A DNA stretch of 64,000 nucleotides from Desulfosudaceae bacterium. GTDB taxonomy: Bacteria > Desulfobacterota > Desulfobacteria > Desulfobacterales > Desulfosudaceae. Below are positions 10,355-19,874 of this stretch, piece by piece; position 1 is the stretch's first letter, and each line of letters begins with the position of its first letter. The DNA lies in assembly GCA_963674745.2 (NCBI GenBank), contig CAXXDV010000003.1, positions 960,001-1,024,000 of the forward strand. Reading direction: 5' to 3'. Below the pieces are notes generated by a model, which was not told the DNA's origin, did no database searches, and saw nothing but the letters and a program-made list of their open reading frames with translations. The translations under genes and the position numbers were made by a program.

Positions 10355-11305
10355 ATGCAGGATAGCCCTATCGTTAAAACAGAAGGATTAACAAAGCGGT
10401 TTGGCAAGGCTTCCAGACAAATACTGGCTGTTGATGATTTGAGTATAGAGGTACGGCGGGGTAATATTTTCGGTTTTCTGGGGCCCAATGGCTCAGGCAA
10501 GACAACAACCATCGGTTTGCTACTGGGTTTGATCCGGCCGACATCGGGCGCTATAGCGCTTTTCGGACGGGACGTCAGTCGGGATTTGCCCTCGCTGCTG
10601 CGGCGAACCAGTGCTGTGCTTGAAAACGCTTCTTTTTATCCCTACCTCTCCGGGCGTAATAATATAGAAATTTTTGCCAGAATGACCGGCGGCGTGCCGG
10701 ATCGTCGTGTAGACGAGGTGCTTGAAACGGTCGGTTTAAAGAAAAGGGCCGGGCGCAAGGCCGGGACATACTCGCTGGGAATGCGGCAGCGGCTGGCTAT
10801 TGCCGTCGCCCTGCTCAACGACCCGGAGCTTATCATTCTGGATGAGCCGACCAACGGGCTGGATCCTTCCGGCATCATTGAAATCAGGGACTTAATAAGT
10901 GAGTTGGGGCAGCAGGGTAAGACGATATTCCTTTCCAGTCACCTGCTGCATGAAGTGGAGCAGGTCTGCAATCATGTCGCCATCCTGAATAAGGGCAGGG
11001 TTATCGCCCGGGGACCGGTGGATGAGCTGTTGCATCGTGGCAGGAAGCTCCGGATGCGTGTTTCGGATGTTAATGCGGCCGTTACACTGCTGAAGGATGC
11101 AGCGTGGATAAAGACCATAGAAACGGGGGCGGAGGGGGGCGTCGTCTTCATGGAGGTTGATGAAGAAAGATTCCCTGATGTCAACGAGATGCTTGTAAAA
11201 GGGGGGATCCGCGTCTTTGAGATGAAAACGTCCGAAGGATCTCTGGAGGACTTCTTCCTGGAAACGATTGCAGAAGAAAAGGCAGCGGGGGCGGGCAATG
11301 TTTAG
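10355..11305 (+). CDS. ABC transporter ATP-binding protein (ABC-2/BcrA-like)
   Basis: GPNGSGKT, YSLGMRQ, LDEPTNGLD, SSH. Confidence 0.95.
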   Translation: MQDSPIVKTEGLTKRFGKASRQILAVDDLSIEVRRGNIFGFLGPNGSGKTTTIGLLLGLIRPTSGAIALFGRDVSRDLPSLLRRTSAVLENASFYPYLSGRNNIEIFARMTGGVPDRRVDEVLETVGLKKRAGRKAGTYSLGMRQRLAIAVALLNDPELIILDEPTNGLDPSGIIEIRDLISELGQQGKTIFLSSHLLHEVEQVCNHVAILNKGRVIARGPVDELLHRGRKLRMRVSDVNAAVTLLKDAAWIKTIETGAEGGVVFMEVDEERFPDVNEMLVKGGIRVFEMKTSEGSLEDFFLETIAEEKAAGAGNV

Positions 11306-12086
11306 AATGATCGGCATTGAGATGTTCAAGCTCAAGAAGAGACGGATGCCCTATGTTATGCTGTTGCTGCTGCTGGCAATCATTGTTATTCCATTACTGG
11401 AAAGGTATTTGAGCGGGGAAACACCGGCAGAGACCCTGGTGTTGCAGGATGCGATGACCAGCACCTTTACCGCAGTGCCTGGCCTGGGCATCATTCTGGT
11501 GGCTATACTGGCGGCTTCGATGACCGGTGCAGAATACGGATGGGGAACACTGCAGCAGACACTGGCAAGGGGTACGAGCCGTAATCAATACCTGACGGCC
11601 AAACTGCTGGCGATCGCCATCGTTGTCTTTGGCGGCGTACTGACAGCCGTACTGGTCGGCATGCTTGCCAATATAATCACCGGCACTTTAATAGAGGGCG
11701 TTATTGACTGGAATGGCTTCACCGGCTATTTCTTCGCTTCGCTGGGGCGTACATTGCTGATGCTGGCGGTTTATACGTCTATGGCCGTTTTTTTTGCCGT
11801 GCTTATGCGATCTTATGCAACCGGGATGGCGGTAACGGTTGCCTGGTATATCGGCGAGTCAATCACCATAAGCCATCTTTCCATCGCCAACAGCTGGTGG
11901 CCGGAGGCCGCCAGATATTTTATTGGTTATAATATCAATAATCTGATGACCATGAACGCGGCTGATCTGTTCATTGAAACAGCGCCGTGGTGGCAGTCCT
12001 GCGCCATCCTGCTGGCGTATATGATCGTTATAATAACCGCTACCTATTACCTGTTCCGCCGCCAGGATTTAACCGCGCAGGAATAA
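11298..12086 (+). CDS. ABC-2 transporter permease
   Basis: About 6 TM segments; EYGWGT motif; C-terminal FRRQD; start overlaps the ATPase end. Confidence 0.9.
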   Translation: MFRMIGIEMFKLKKRRMPYVMLLLLLAIIVIPLLERYLSGETPAETLVLQDAMTSTFTAVPGLGIILVAILAASMTGAEYGWGTLQQTLARGTSRNQYLTAKLLAIAIVVFGGVLTAVLVGMLANIITGTLIEGVIDWNGFTGYFFASLGRTLLMLAVYTSMAVFFAVLMRSYATGMAVTVAWYIGESITISHLSIANSWWPEAARYFIGYNINNLMTMNAADLFIETAPWWQSCAILLAYMIVIITATYYLFRRQDLTAQE

Positions 12087-12267
12087 TTTTTCTGGGGTAT
12101 CGAAAAGGCGTCGCTTTAGCGCTGGGGCCTTATTCTTGTCTGGTGGAGACGGGGGAGGGCATGGCATTCGTCTTTTGCGGAACAAAACCGAAACAATCTA
12201 TCGCAAATATATTTTTACGTTCACCAAAATATTATATCCCGCTAAAGCATCCAAAGAACAATCCGGG

Positions 12268-13524
12268 CTAGTGACCTTGCCGTAAAAGCGCTTCAAGCAT
12301 TTTGTCCGCCCGGTTTTTTATGGTTTCATGAAGTAATGTGGCCACCGATTCGTTGTATTCTCTAGTCTGTGCCTGAACCTCGCCGAGCTTGTTCAGAACA
12401 CGACGGCAGCTTTCCGCCATTCGTTCCCGTATCACCGGCCAACCCAGTCCGGTCTTTTTGGCCATCTTCTTCCAGTCACCAATCGTGAAGGCATTGACTG
12501 AGTCGCAGCCGCCGATCTTCATCGCGAGATTCCTGGAAAGGTTAGGCCAGGCAAGTGTGCAGACAAGATCATAATAGGGAGACAACCGTCGTTCGCCACC
12601 GGCATACAATAATGCGAAGTTCTTGCCATGCGCATCGGCATTGCCGATTAATACATTGAAAATCAGTCCGTTGATGAAGTCGGGGATATCAAGAACAGGC
12701 GCAGTGGACCAGTCCCGAAGCAGAGAAATGCACTCGCCGAGCGTCGGGCCTCCCTCTGCCTGGTACTTTCGCTCCGGCGGAAATCCCAGTGCCTGGCAGA
12801 AGTCCTCCTGGTGGAGTCGGGTCGTATGGCCGGCTTCATCGGTTGTCCGGTCATATCGTTGAACCAGAAGGCACTGTTTTCTTCCGATCAAACGATATTC
12901 GGTATCGGGTGCGTTCAAGCCGACTGCCTGAGCCAGCGTCATGCAGAAAAGTTCGTTGACGGCCAGTCCGGCAAAGCGATCCGGTTCCGGTTTCAGTATG
13001 TGGGTGCTGGGCGTATCACCAAGAGGCAGACAGATACCGTTCTGATGAACGATAACCGGCAGCTTGTCCTGGGCTCCGGCGAGTGAGAGGCGCAGTCCCT
13101 CCACACCGGCCATTAAGGGCCGATCAGGCAATTCGGCGATGAGCTTTTGCAACTCCGGTTCGGTCAGTTCGCGGTGTCGGGCGTTCTTCGGATCCGTCGG
13201 GGAAATGCCTTCGGGAAGCAGACTGACAGCGCCGGCGCACTCTCCGCCTATTCGCTCCAGCATGGCAAAGTCATTGGTGCGGCTGATTCCAAGGATCTCG
13301 GCTATCTTTTCTCGCGGGCCCTCTTCAGGCAGTATGCCGGCAAAGAAAGGCCTGGCCTTTTTTCCCGGGAACACCTCGCTTTGGAGTGGCAGTGAACGGG
13401 AGAGGGGTATGGCATTCGGCTTTTCAAGCCATGCCTGATCATAGGTGAATTGCAGCAAGCCGCTATCATCTTGTTGGAGGCTTCCGACCCTCTCGTTGTT
13501 CAGATAAACGATCAGGTTATTCAT
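12268..13524 (-). CDS. hipA: HipA-family kinase toxin
   Basis: SLAGAQDK, HILKP, HQEDFCQALG, GNADAHGKN, SPYYD; likely ATG at 13524 overlaps the hipB stop (ATGA). Confidence 0.95.
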   Translation of the reverse strand: MNNLIVYLNNERVGSLQQDDSGLLQFTYDQAWLEKPNAIPLSRSLPLQSEVFPGKKARPFFAGILPEEGPREKIAEILGISRTNDFAMLERIGGECAGAVSLLPEGISPTDPKNARHRELTEPELQKLIAELPDRPLMAGVEGLRLSLAGAQDKLPVIVHQNGICLPLGDTPSTHILKPEPDRFAGLAVNELFCMTLAQAVGLNAPDTEYRLIGRKQCLLVQRYDRTTDEAGHTTRLHQEDFCQALGFPPERKYQAEGGPTLGECISLLRDWSTAPVLDIPDFINGLIFNVLIGNADAHGKNFALLYAGGERRLSPYYDLVCTLAWPNLSRNLAMKIGGCDSVNAFTIGDWKKMAKKTGLGWPVIRERMAESCRRVLNKLGEVQAQTREYNESVATLLHETIKNRADKMLEALLRQGH

Positions 13525-13742
13525 AGCGTTTTGCCTTGGCCGGTAATCTGGAGTTTGAGGCCCAGCGCCTGGAGAACCTGCAGGATTTTTCCGATTTGGC
13601 AAGTCGGCTTGCCGTTTTCAAGATCACTAATGAAGCGCAGACCCGTCCCGCAGGTCAACGCCAGGTCCTTCTGGGTGACTTTCAATTCTCTGCGCCTGGC
13701 ACGAATAGCAGCGCCAAGCTGTTCTGGATTTATAATATTCAT
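13521..13742 (-). CDS. hipB: HipB-like Xre HTH antitoxin
   Basis: TQKDLALTCGTGLRFISDLENGKPT; translationally coupled to hipA. Confidence 0.9.
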   Translation of the reverse strand: MNIINPEQLGAAIRARRRELKVTQKDLALTCGTGLRFISDLENGKPTCQIGKILQVLQALGLKLQITGQGKTL

Positions 13743-13743
13743 G

Positions 13744-13858
13744 TTACCGATCGGGAATATATCGCCCTGTGAAGTGGTTGTCAAGGAAAATATTACCGAA
13801 CGGTAATATAGTTTATTGCATAAACTCTTTTGATTATAAAAATTACCGATCGGGAATA
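13744..13858. promoter_or_regulatory. Three palindromic HipB-type operators
   Basis: TTACCGATCGGGAA (13744), TATTACCGAACGGTAATA (13791), TTACCGATCGGGAA (13843), about 50 bp apart. Confidence 0.8.
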
Positions 13859-13881
13859 TTTAAGGTTTGTCCTGCCTGTCT

Positions 13882-13979
13882 CATGCAGGCACTTTTATAT
13901 GGACGGCAACCCTGTTCCCATAGGTGTTAAGCAGAGGATGCTGGGGCATGAAAACCGGAAGATCCTCAAGATTTCTTTG
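13882..13979 (+). pseudogene. Tyrosine integrase C-terminal (box II) remnant
   Basis: HAGTF/MDGNPVPIGVKQRMLGHENRK resembles integrase RH..AS.M....V....IQ..LGH; frameshifted and without the catalytic Tyr. Confidence 0.55.
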
Positions 13980-14075
13980 AAAGCAGGTTCCAACGTCTAT
14001 TTTCATTTAGCTGAAACGTCCCCCTGATTAAAGATACCACCATATTGCAATAAAGAGAGCTCCTGTTATCGCTCC

Positions 14076-14822
14076 TTAATGGATTCGATAAAGGTTCTTG
14101 AAAAACGATTTTAATATCCTGGTGGCCGGATCCAGTTGAAGATAAAAGCCTGCAACCCCCTTGTTGTTTTTACGATAGACTTTTGCCTCTTCTTCTGACC
14201 AGAAGAAAACACAAGCGGGTCAGTATTGATTCCTGATACCTTTTGCAAAAACCTTTATATCCTTGATTGGTAAAAATATTAAAGGGTTGCTTGTTTTATC
14301 GGTCACCTGAAAACGCATTGAATCATCTATTTTAATTTTTATGGGTTTTTGAGAATTGGCACAAGCCGATTCCACGGTCACCTGGACTTTATCTTCCATT
14401 AAATGCCCTCGCACGAAGGGCGCTCCAAAGGAGTCTGCCGCTCAAGGCGCCCAGACCTGCTCTCCGGTAGCATAGGTAACTTTGAATTTTGTTTCTTCAA
14501 CAGTAACCGGATAAGCCCAGGTAACATGTCCTGCCTGATTCCTTACGATCCACATCTGCATTTTTCCGATTTTCGCCAATATCTTATTTACCCTGTCTAT
14601 TGGCATGGATAGTTTTTGGGATATATGTTCCGGGGAAACAGGCTGCCTGAGACGGGTAAGTTCAAGAATCAGAAAATCCCTGACCTTGTAATGGCCTCTG
14701 GAATAGATTAATGGAAAGACAAACTTCATGATCAGGCCCTCAACCACACCGTTAAAAACGCAAAGCCAAAAAGGTATGGGGATCATTAATCCGCCGACAC
14801 CGAATAGTGTTTTTGTTTTCAT
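14076..14822 (-). CDS. MerB-like (organomercurial lyase fold) protein with two predicted selenocysteines, 248 aa
   Basis: Track ORFs 14442-14822 and 14220-14414 share a frame; in-frame TGA at 14442-14444 (WAP-U-AAD) and 14220-14222 (NQY-U-PACVFFWSEE); frame ends at TAA 14076; a hairpin follows each TGA. Confidence 0.82.
14186..14222 (-). promoter_or_regulatory. Candidate bacterial SECIS after the second UGA
   Basis: UGA-12 nt-UUCUUCU[GGUC]AGAAGAA perfect stem-loop. Confidence 0.7.
14405..14444 (-). promoter_or_regulatory. Candidate bacterial SECIS after the first UGA
   Basis: UGA-20 nt-GCCCU(U)C[GUGC]GAGGGC hairpin with a bulged U and a G at the loop start. Confidence 0.5.
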
Positions 14823-15113
14823 TAAAGGATCCTCCTTTTTGATGCAATTTTTATCCCGATTTTTCGTAATGGCAGGTGGCTACCTTTTAAAGCCATCATC
14901 CTTCCCAAGCTTAAGTTATAGGCCTGACCTTACACTTTTTCATTACCTCGTATAATCCACCCCAAAAAAAGCAAAATTTATACCATCATGTAAACTAAGT
15001 TTTTACAAAAAGTTATGTTAAAAAAAGCTGAAAGTGTTTATATGCTGACACATTTGTGTTAATATATAAACAAATTTTAGGGATAATCAAAAACAGTCAG
15101 GATCAAACAGGCT

Positions 15114-16433
15114 ATGATAACCAGACGCTTGGGCCCTATGGAAAAATCGCTCTGGCTGATAGACAGGGTCTGCCGCATCAACTTTGTCATGCACGCCGGC
15201 ATCCGCGGACCGCTGTCTCCCGAATCATTGCGCGCGGCTCTGGATTCTGTCCAGCAACGCCACCCCCTGCTTCGTGTGCGTATTGTGAGAAAAGGCTGGT
15301 CCGGACTTTGTTATGAAAGCAGCCATGTGCCGAGAATCCCCCTGCGGGTTGTGGACGGCCTGGAAGCATCCTGGGTGGCCGAGGCCGAATATGAGTGCAA
15401 TACTCTTTTCCCCACCGAACAGGGGCCGCTGGTGCGCTGCGTGCTTGTCCGGCATGAAGAAGAACGATCCACCCTGCTGGTTTCTTTTCATCACTCGATT
15501 GGTGACGGAATGTCCGGGGTGTATCTGATCCGGGATCTGCTTGACGCGGCCTCCGGAACCATCAGGGGAAAACATGACCGCCTGCCCGATCTTGATCTCA
15601 AAGAGCCAATGGAAGCGTACCTGCCCCCTGAGATGAAAGCCTGGCACGGCTGGTGGCGTTCCGGCCTTGTTCTTTGCCGGCTCATCGGTTCCCTGTTTCA
15701 AGGTGTCCCGGCAAGACCGAAACGGGATAGATGGGCTTTTCCGACAAAGAGAAACGCTTATATTGTTTCACACCAGTTGCCTCTAACAGTTGTTGAGCCC
15801 CTGCTCACAAGAGCACGAAAAGAAGGGACAACGGTTCACGGTGCCCTGACGGCAGCCTGCCTTTTTGCGATCAATAACGATCTTAATACCAGAAAAGACC
15901 GCCTGTTCATGCCATCAGCCGATACCAACATACGCAAGTATTTATCCCCTCCGGTTCACGACGATGTAGGACAGTTTGCCTCGGCCTGCACCTGTTTTTG
16001 CCGGGTGGGGGAAAGCAGGGACTTCTGGCAGGTTGCCCGGGATGTCGGGACTGCTCTCAGGGAAAGAATCCACCAGGGCGAACCCCTGGAATTCTCCATG
16101 TTGCTGGAAAAAGCAGACGTTCTGTTTCGCCTGTTTGGCACGGGAACGCCGGCCAGCCTGCTCCAGGCGTTTATGTATGAGCTGCTCGCTTCCGGTGCTA
16201 CAGACTTGAGCAACCTCGGCCTGGTTGACATGCCAGCGGATTATGACGGCCTTGCGGTCGAGACCATCGGTTTTGCCTCATCTTTATCGACCATGAGTTC
16301 CATGGCCTGCTTTGCGGCAACCATAAAAAACCGCCTGGCCTGGAACTTTGTCGGCATGGCGCCTGTTTATGATAAACGCCATACTGAAAAGATTGCCCGA
16401 AACGCCGTTGAAATATTAAAAACAAAGATATAA
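15114..16433 (+). CDS. Stand-alone condensation-domain/PapA5-like CoA-dependent acyltransferase
   Basis: RHPLLR, HHSIGDG (HHxxxDG), TVHGAL, LSNLG. Confidence 0.85.
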   Translation: MITRRLGPMEKSLWLIDRVCRINFVMHAGIRGPLSPESLRAALDSVQQRHPLLRVRIVRKGWSGLCYESSHVPRIPLRVVDGLEASWVAEAEYECNTLFPTEQGPLVRCVLVRHEEERSTLLVSFHHSIGDGMSGVYLIRDLLDAASGTIRGKHDRLPDLDLKEPMEAYLPPEMKAWHGWWRSGLVLCRLIGSLFQGVPARPKRDRWAFPTKRNAYIVSHQLPLTVVEPLLTRARKEGTTVHGALTAACLFAINNDLNTRKDRLFMPSADTNIRKYLSPPVHDDVGQFASACTCFCRVGESRDFWQVARDVGTALRERIHQGEPLEFSMLLEKADVLFRLFGTGTPASLLQAFMYELLASGATDLSNLGLVDMPADYDGLAVETIGFASSLSTMSSMACFAATIKNRLAWNFVGMAPVYDKRHTEKIARNAVEILKTKI

Positions 16434-16566
16434 ATCGCCTATCAATTAAGGGGATGGCTAGGCTATCTTATTTGCAAATGATAAAAAATCTTTTTGGGCG
16501 GGTTAAAAACAGGTATAATATAAAAATGTTTATCTGTTATTCGCCAGACCCTGTTGCATAGATATT

Positions 16567-17643
16567 ATGATAAGCCTCATACCCAAAAACGATGCCAGAC
16601 AGGCACTGCGCATGCGACGTGCCTTTTTGGCGCTTACCGGATATATCTTTGTATTTATCTCCACTCTGATCTGTTATTTTGCCGGCGTTACAGGCCGCAT
16701 TTCGCTTACCGGTATTCTTCTGTTTTACCTGGCGCTTCTGATTTTCAACACCGGTATTCTTGTCTCGATTTATTCCGGCCTGAACTTAAAAAGCAAAGAC
16801 CCCAGCCTGACGGTGCTGCAGTTGTTTATCGCTATCTGCTGGGCCACGCTGATGACTTATTTTATTAATGATACTTTTCGCGGCAGCATGACCGCAATCT
16901 ATATATCAATGTTCATGTACGGTATATTCCGCCTGAAATTTCGAGATTTTCTTGTCCTCGTATTTGCAGCAGTGGTTTTATATGTGTTGGCCATGATCCT
17001 GCTGCATCATAATTATCCTGAGGCAGTGGACATCCCGACCGAAATTGTTCGAACCGTCATTTTGTTTATCGTTTTGCTGTGGGTTTCATATATCTCAGAC
17101 TACGTTTCCTCTTTAAGGCGGAAGATACAGCGGCTTGCGTCCAGAGACCCGCTGACGAACGTTTATAACCGCCGCGAAATTTTTGAAATCGTCAAACGGG
17201 AAAAATCTTTCTCTGACCGTTCGGGACTTCCTTTTACCCTCTGTATTCTTGATCTTGACAATTTCAAGCAAGTCAATGACACATACGGACATCAGGCAGG
17301 TGACAGCGTCTTAAAATTATTTACCCGGACGATTAAAGAGAATATCCGCGCCGAGGATTATCTGGGAAGATACGGGGGAGAGGAATTTTTTGTCTTGTTT
17401 GTGAGTATTGACTGCAATGATTGTAACCCCGTCTGTGTCGAGCGGCTGCTGTCAGCGACAAGACAACTGTCTTTCCCGGACATTGACCGCAACCTGCAGA
17501 TAACCATATCCATCGGTGCTGCTTCCTATATCCCTGACGGTGGCTCAGTTGAGGACCTGATTGCAAGGGCGGATGAAGCGCTTTACCGGGCCAAGACAAA
17601 CGGCAAAGACAGAGCCGAATTTAATAAAGCCGGTGGAAAATAA
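16567..17643 (+). CDS. Membrane-bound diguanylate cyclase
   Basis: About 6 N-terminal TM segments; DPLT, DLDNFK..ND.YGH, RYGGEEF; RAED I-site. Confidence 0.95.
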   Translation: MISLIPKNDARQALRMRRAFLALTGYIFVFISTLICYFAGVTGRISLTGILLFYLALLIFNTGILVSIYSGLNLKSKDPSLTVLQLFIAICWATLMTYFINDTFRGSMTAIYISMFMYGIFRLKFRDFLVLVFAAVVLYVLAMILLHHNYPEAVDIPTEIVRTVILFIVLLWVSYISDYVSSLRRKIQRLASRDPLTNVYNRREIFEIVKREKSFSDRSGLPFTLCILDLDNFKQVNDTYGHQAGDSVLKLFTRTIKENIRAEDYLGRYGGEEFFVLFVSIDCNDCNPVCVERLLSATRQLSFPDIDRNLQITISIGAASYIPDGGSVEDLIARADEALYRAKTNGKDRAEFNKAGGK

Positions 17644-17769
17644 TTATCATCGGCGATTACTCTATCTTTGACCGGCGGTTATCCTACCCGTTGCCGGTAT
17701 CACGAATATTGAAAATGGCCATTGCCAAGTATTTTAATATTTACGTGTTGTGAAGTAATTTTACCCGGT

Positions 17770-17888
17770 TCAATGGCGTGCCCTGTATTCTTCGAGTGCT
17801 TTTTGAATTTCGTCGAGCATGTCTTTTGAAAAGCCTTTCCGTTCATTTTTTGTTGAACTGCTTTGCTTGCCTTTTCGATAGTTTTTGA
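17770..17888 (-). pseudogene. 3' remnant of a TRAP DctP-like gene
   Basis: KTIEKASKAVQQKMNGKAF/KDMLDEIQKALEEYRARH* (one frameshift) matches the C-terminus of 41362-42756. Confidence 0.8.
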
Positions 17889-17929
17889 ACTGTCCGGGTA
17901 CAAGCAGGGCCGATGTCATTATTAATACA

Positions 17930-19723
17930 TCAGTAAATATAAGGCTCTCTTGGATAAGCCCTGAAACTGTATTTCATGGGACCGGACATCATTCTGGTAG
18001 ACAGGAAAGAAACGATGCCTCCCAGCGCATTCATGCGCTTCATCTTCGGAATGACTGTCTCGCCCTCAAGCACCATTTTCCCTGAAGCGAAATCAGCAAC
18101 AGGACCGTTAAAAAACAGTTTCATCTCAACCGGGGTCGAGGTACGTGCTTTTCCCCACCATTTTTGTACATGAAAATGGCTCTTTATGACACCATCTATG
18201 GTAATGTTTCCCATGCTGTCTAAGCGTAAAGAACCCGTAAACGGCTCAAGCTGTTCCATCGTAAAGCCAACTTTCATTGGAAGAAAGCCGACACGTACTT
18301 TAACCTTGAATGGCGGCATATCAATACTGCCGTTTTCAAGTCTCAAAGAAGACACATTTGCGCCACAAGTCATTGTGGTTGTGTCCGGCAGTTTGACTTC
18401 CTGTTTCAAGTTCTCAATCTCAACCATCCCGTCAACGTGCCAGTTTTCCATTTTAATCACAAAATCATCTTCCGGCTTCTGTGCGTCAGATACAGGACGA
18501 TCTTTGGTGTTGCACAATGTCGTCTCATCCAAAGGCGCGCCGTCAAACCTGTCTTTCATCCAGGCTAACGCGTATGGTGCTACCTGAAACAACGGGATAA
18601 GATGCTCGGCCGTCGGAAACACCTGGAAAGAGACATTCATACCCATTTCACAATAATCCTCTTTTAGATCCAGGGCCTGATCCATAGGGATAAACGGATC
18701 AGCTGATCCGTGATACAAATAAACAGGTGCATTAATCGGGCTTTTGCCGAGCTTCATGCCTTCGACAATCCTGTACACTTTGGGGAACCCTGTAATTAAA
18801 TCGTCTATCGTAAGTCGATCCTTTGTGAGATCTTTGGTTTTGATATGCTTATATATTTTTAACCCGTCCCACAAACACACATCCATTGCGCCTTCAAGGG
18901 CCGCACGCCCCCCATCATTTACAAGATCAAACAACGGCACTTCATTGGGATACTGGTAATACAGTCCAACGTAATATGAGAATAAATAACAGGCCCCAGG
19001 TCCGCCGTCGAGTACTCTGGCCACATCTATGAGATCAGCGCTAACAGAGCCCGCTATGACACCAACCAAATTCAAATCAGGCATATAAGACGGCTGAAGC
19101 TGGCCCACCCACGGTGCGGTCTGTCCGCCCTGGGAGTATCCCCAGACAACGACTTTGTCGCTATAGCTGAATGGGGCGTAAGGAATCTGTCTTGAAGCCT
19201 TAACAATATCCAGTGCGGCATAACCCTGGTTATAACCGTTACAGTATGATGGATACCCGCCAGTGGTATATCCGGGATTATCGCTTATCAACACGGCGTA
19301 ACCCGCTTTAAGAATGGCTGTAATATTGTCGTTTTCCCAGTATTCACCTGCCCTGAGCTGAAAAGAAGGCGCGCATTTCTGAGCAAGCCCCTGAGTGGCG
19401 GCACAATAAATAACCACGTTCCCATGATCCCAGGCATCAGGCACGATGACGGTACCGGTCACGGCGTTCCCCCTGCCAACAGCAGTAGTAGACCGATACA
19501 TTATCTGCCATGAATCAAACGGGGGTGCTTCAGGAATCACGATCTTTACTTTTATGGATTTGATAAGATCACCATGAACCCCTGCCGGCAGGGGAGACGG
19601 CTCTGTGTATAAAGACTTCACAGATAAGCCTTTTTGGGATTCAGCAATGGCTGGAGCGGCGAGCAGCAATGCCGATATCATTATTAATAACAGGACCGCC
19701 GGAGATCTATTGATTTTTACCAT
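17930..19723 (-). CDS. Secreted LIP-family lipase, paralogue 3
   Basis: Signal peptide, GYSQG, YHGSAD, AEH; 597 aa. Confidence 0.88.
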   Translation of the reverse strand: MVKINRSPAVLLLIMISALLLAAPAIAESQKGLSVKSLYTEPSPLPAGVHGDLIKSIKVKIVIPEAPPFDSWQIMYRSTTAVGRGNAVTGTVIVPDAWDHGNVVIYCAATQGLAQKCAPSFQLRAGEYWENDNITAILKAGYAVLISDNPGYTTGGYPSYCNGYNQGYAALDIVKASRQIPYAPFSYSDKVVVWGYSQGGQTAPWVGQLQPSYMPDLNLVGVIAGSVSADLIDVARVLDGGPGACYLFSYYVGLYYQYPNEVPLFDLVNDGGRAALEGAMDVCLWDGLKIYKHIKTKDLTKDRLTIDDLITGFPKVYRIVEGMKLGKSPINAPVYLYHGSADPFIPMDQALDLKEDYCEMGMNVSFQVFPTAEHLIPLFQVAPYALAWMKDRFDGAPLDETTLCNTKDRPVSDAQKPEDDFVIKMENWHVDGMVEIENLKQEVKLPDTTTMTCGANVSSLRLENGSIDMPPFKVKVRVGFLPMKVGFTMEQLEPFTGSLRLDSMGNITIDGVIKSHFHVQKWWGKARTSTPVEMKLFFNGPVADFASGKMVLEGETVIPKMKRMNALGGIVSFLSTRMMSGPMKYSFRAYPREPYIY

Positions 19724-19874
19724 TTTGTTCCCCCCTTATGCTGAATTGTTATCAATAACAGTAATGATAATTTTTCCAGTGTAACCGTTTGAAAAAAGAC
19801 AATAATGTTAATCCATCACCGCTCAGGCGCAAGGGCCGCTGAGGGCTGTCAGCTTCTGAACCGCAAAACCGGGA

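Noticed and set aside
13525..13602. N-terminal extensions in the track for HipA (also the ACAD to 25627, the 29681 ORF and the antitoxins)
   Set aside because: They overlap upstream genes or lack an RBS; downstream starts fit better.
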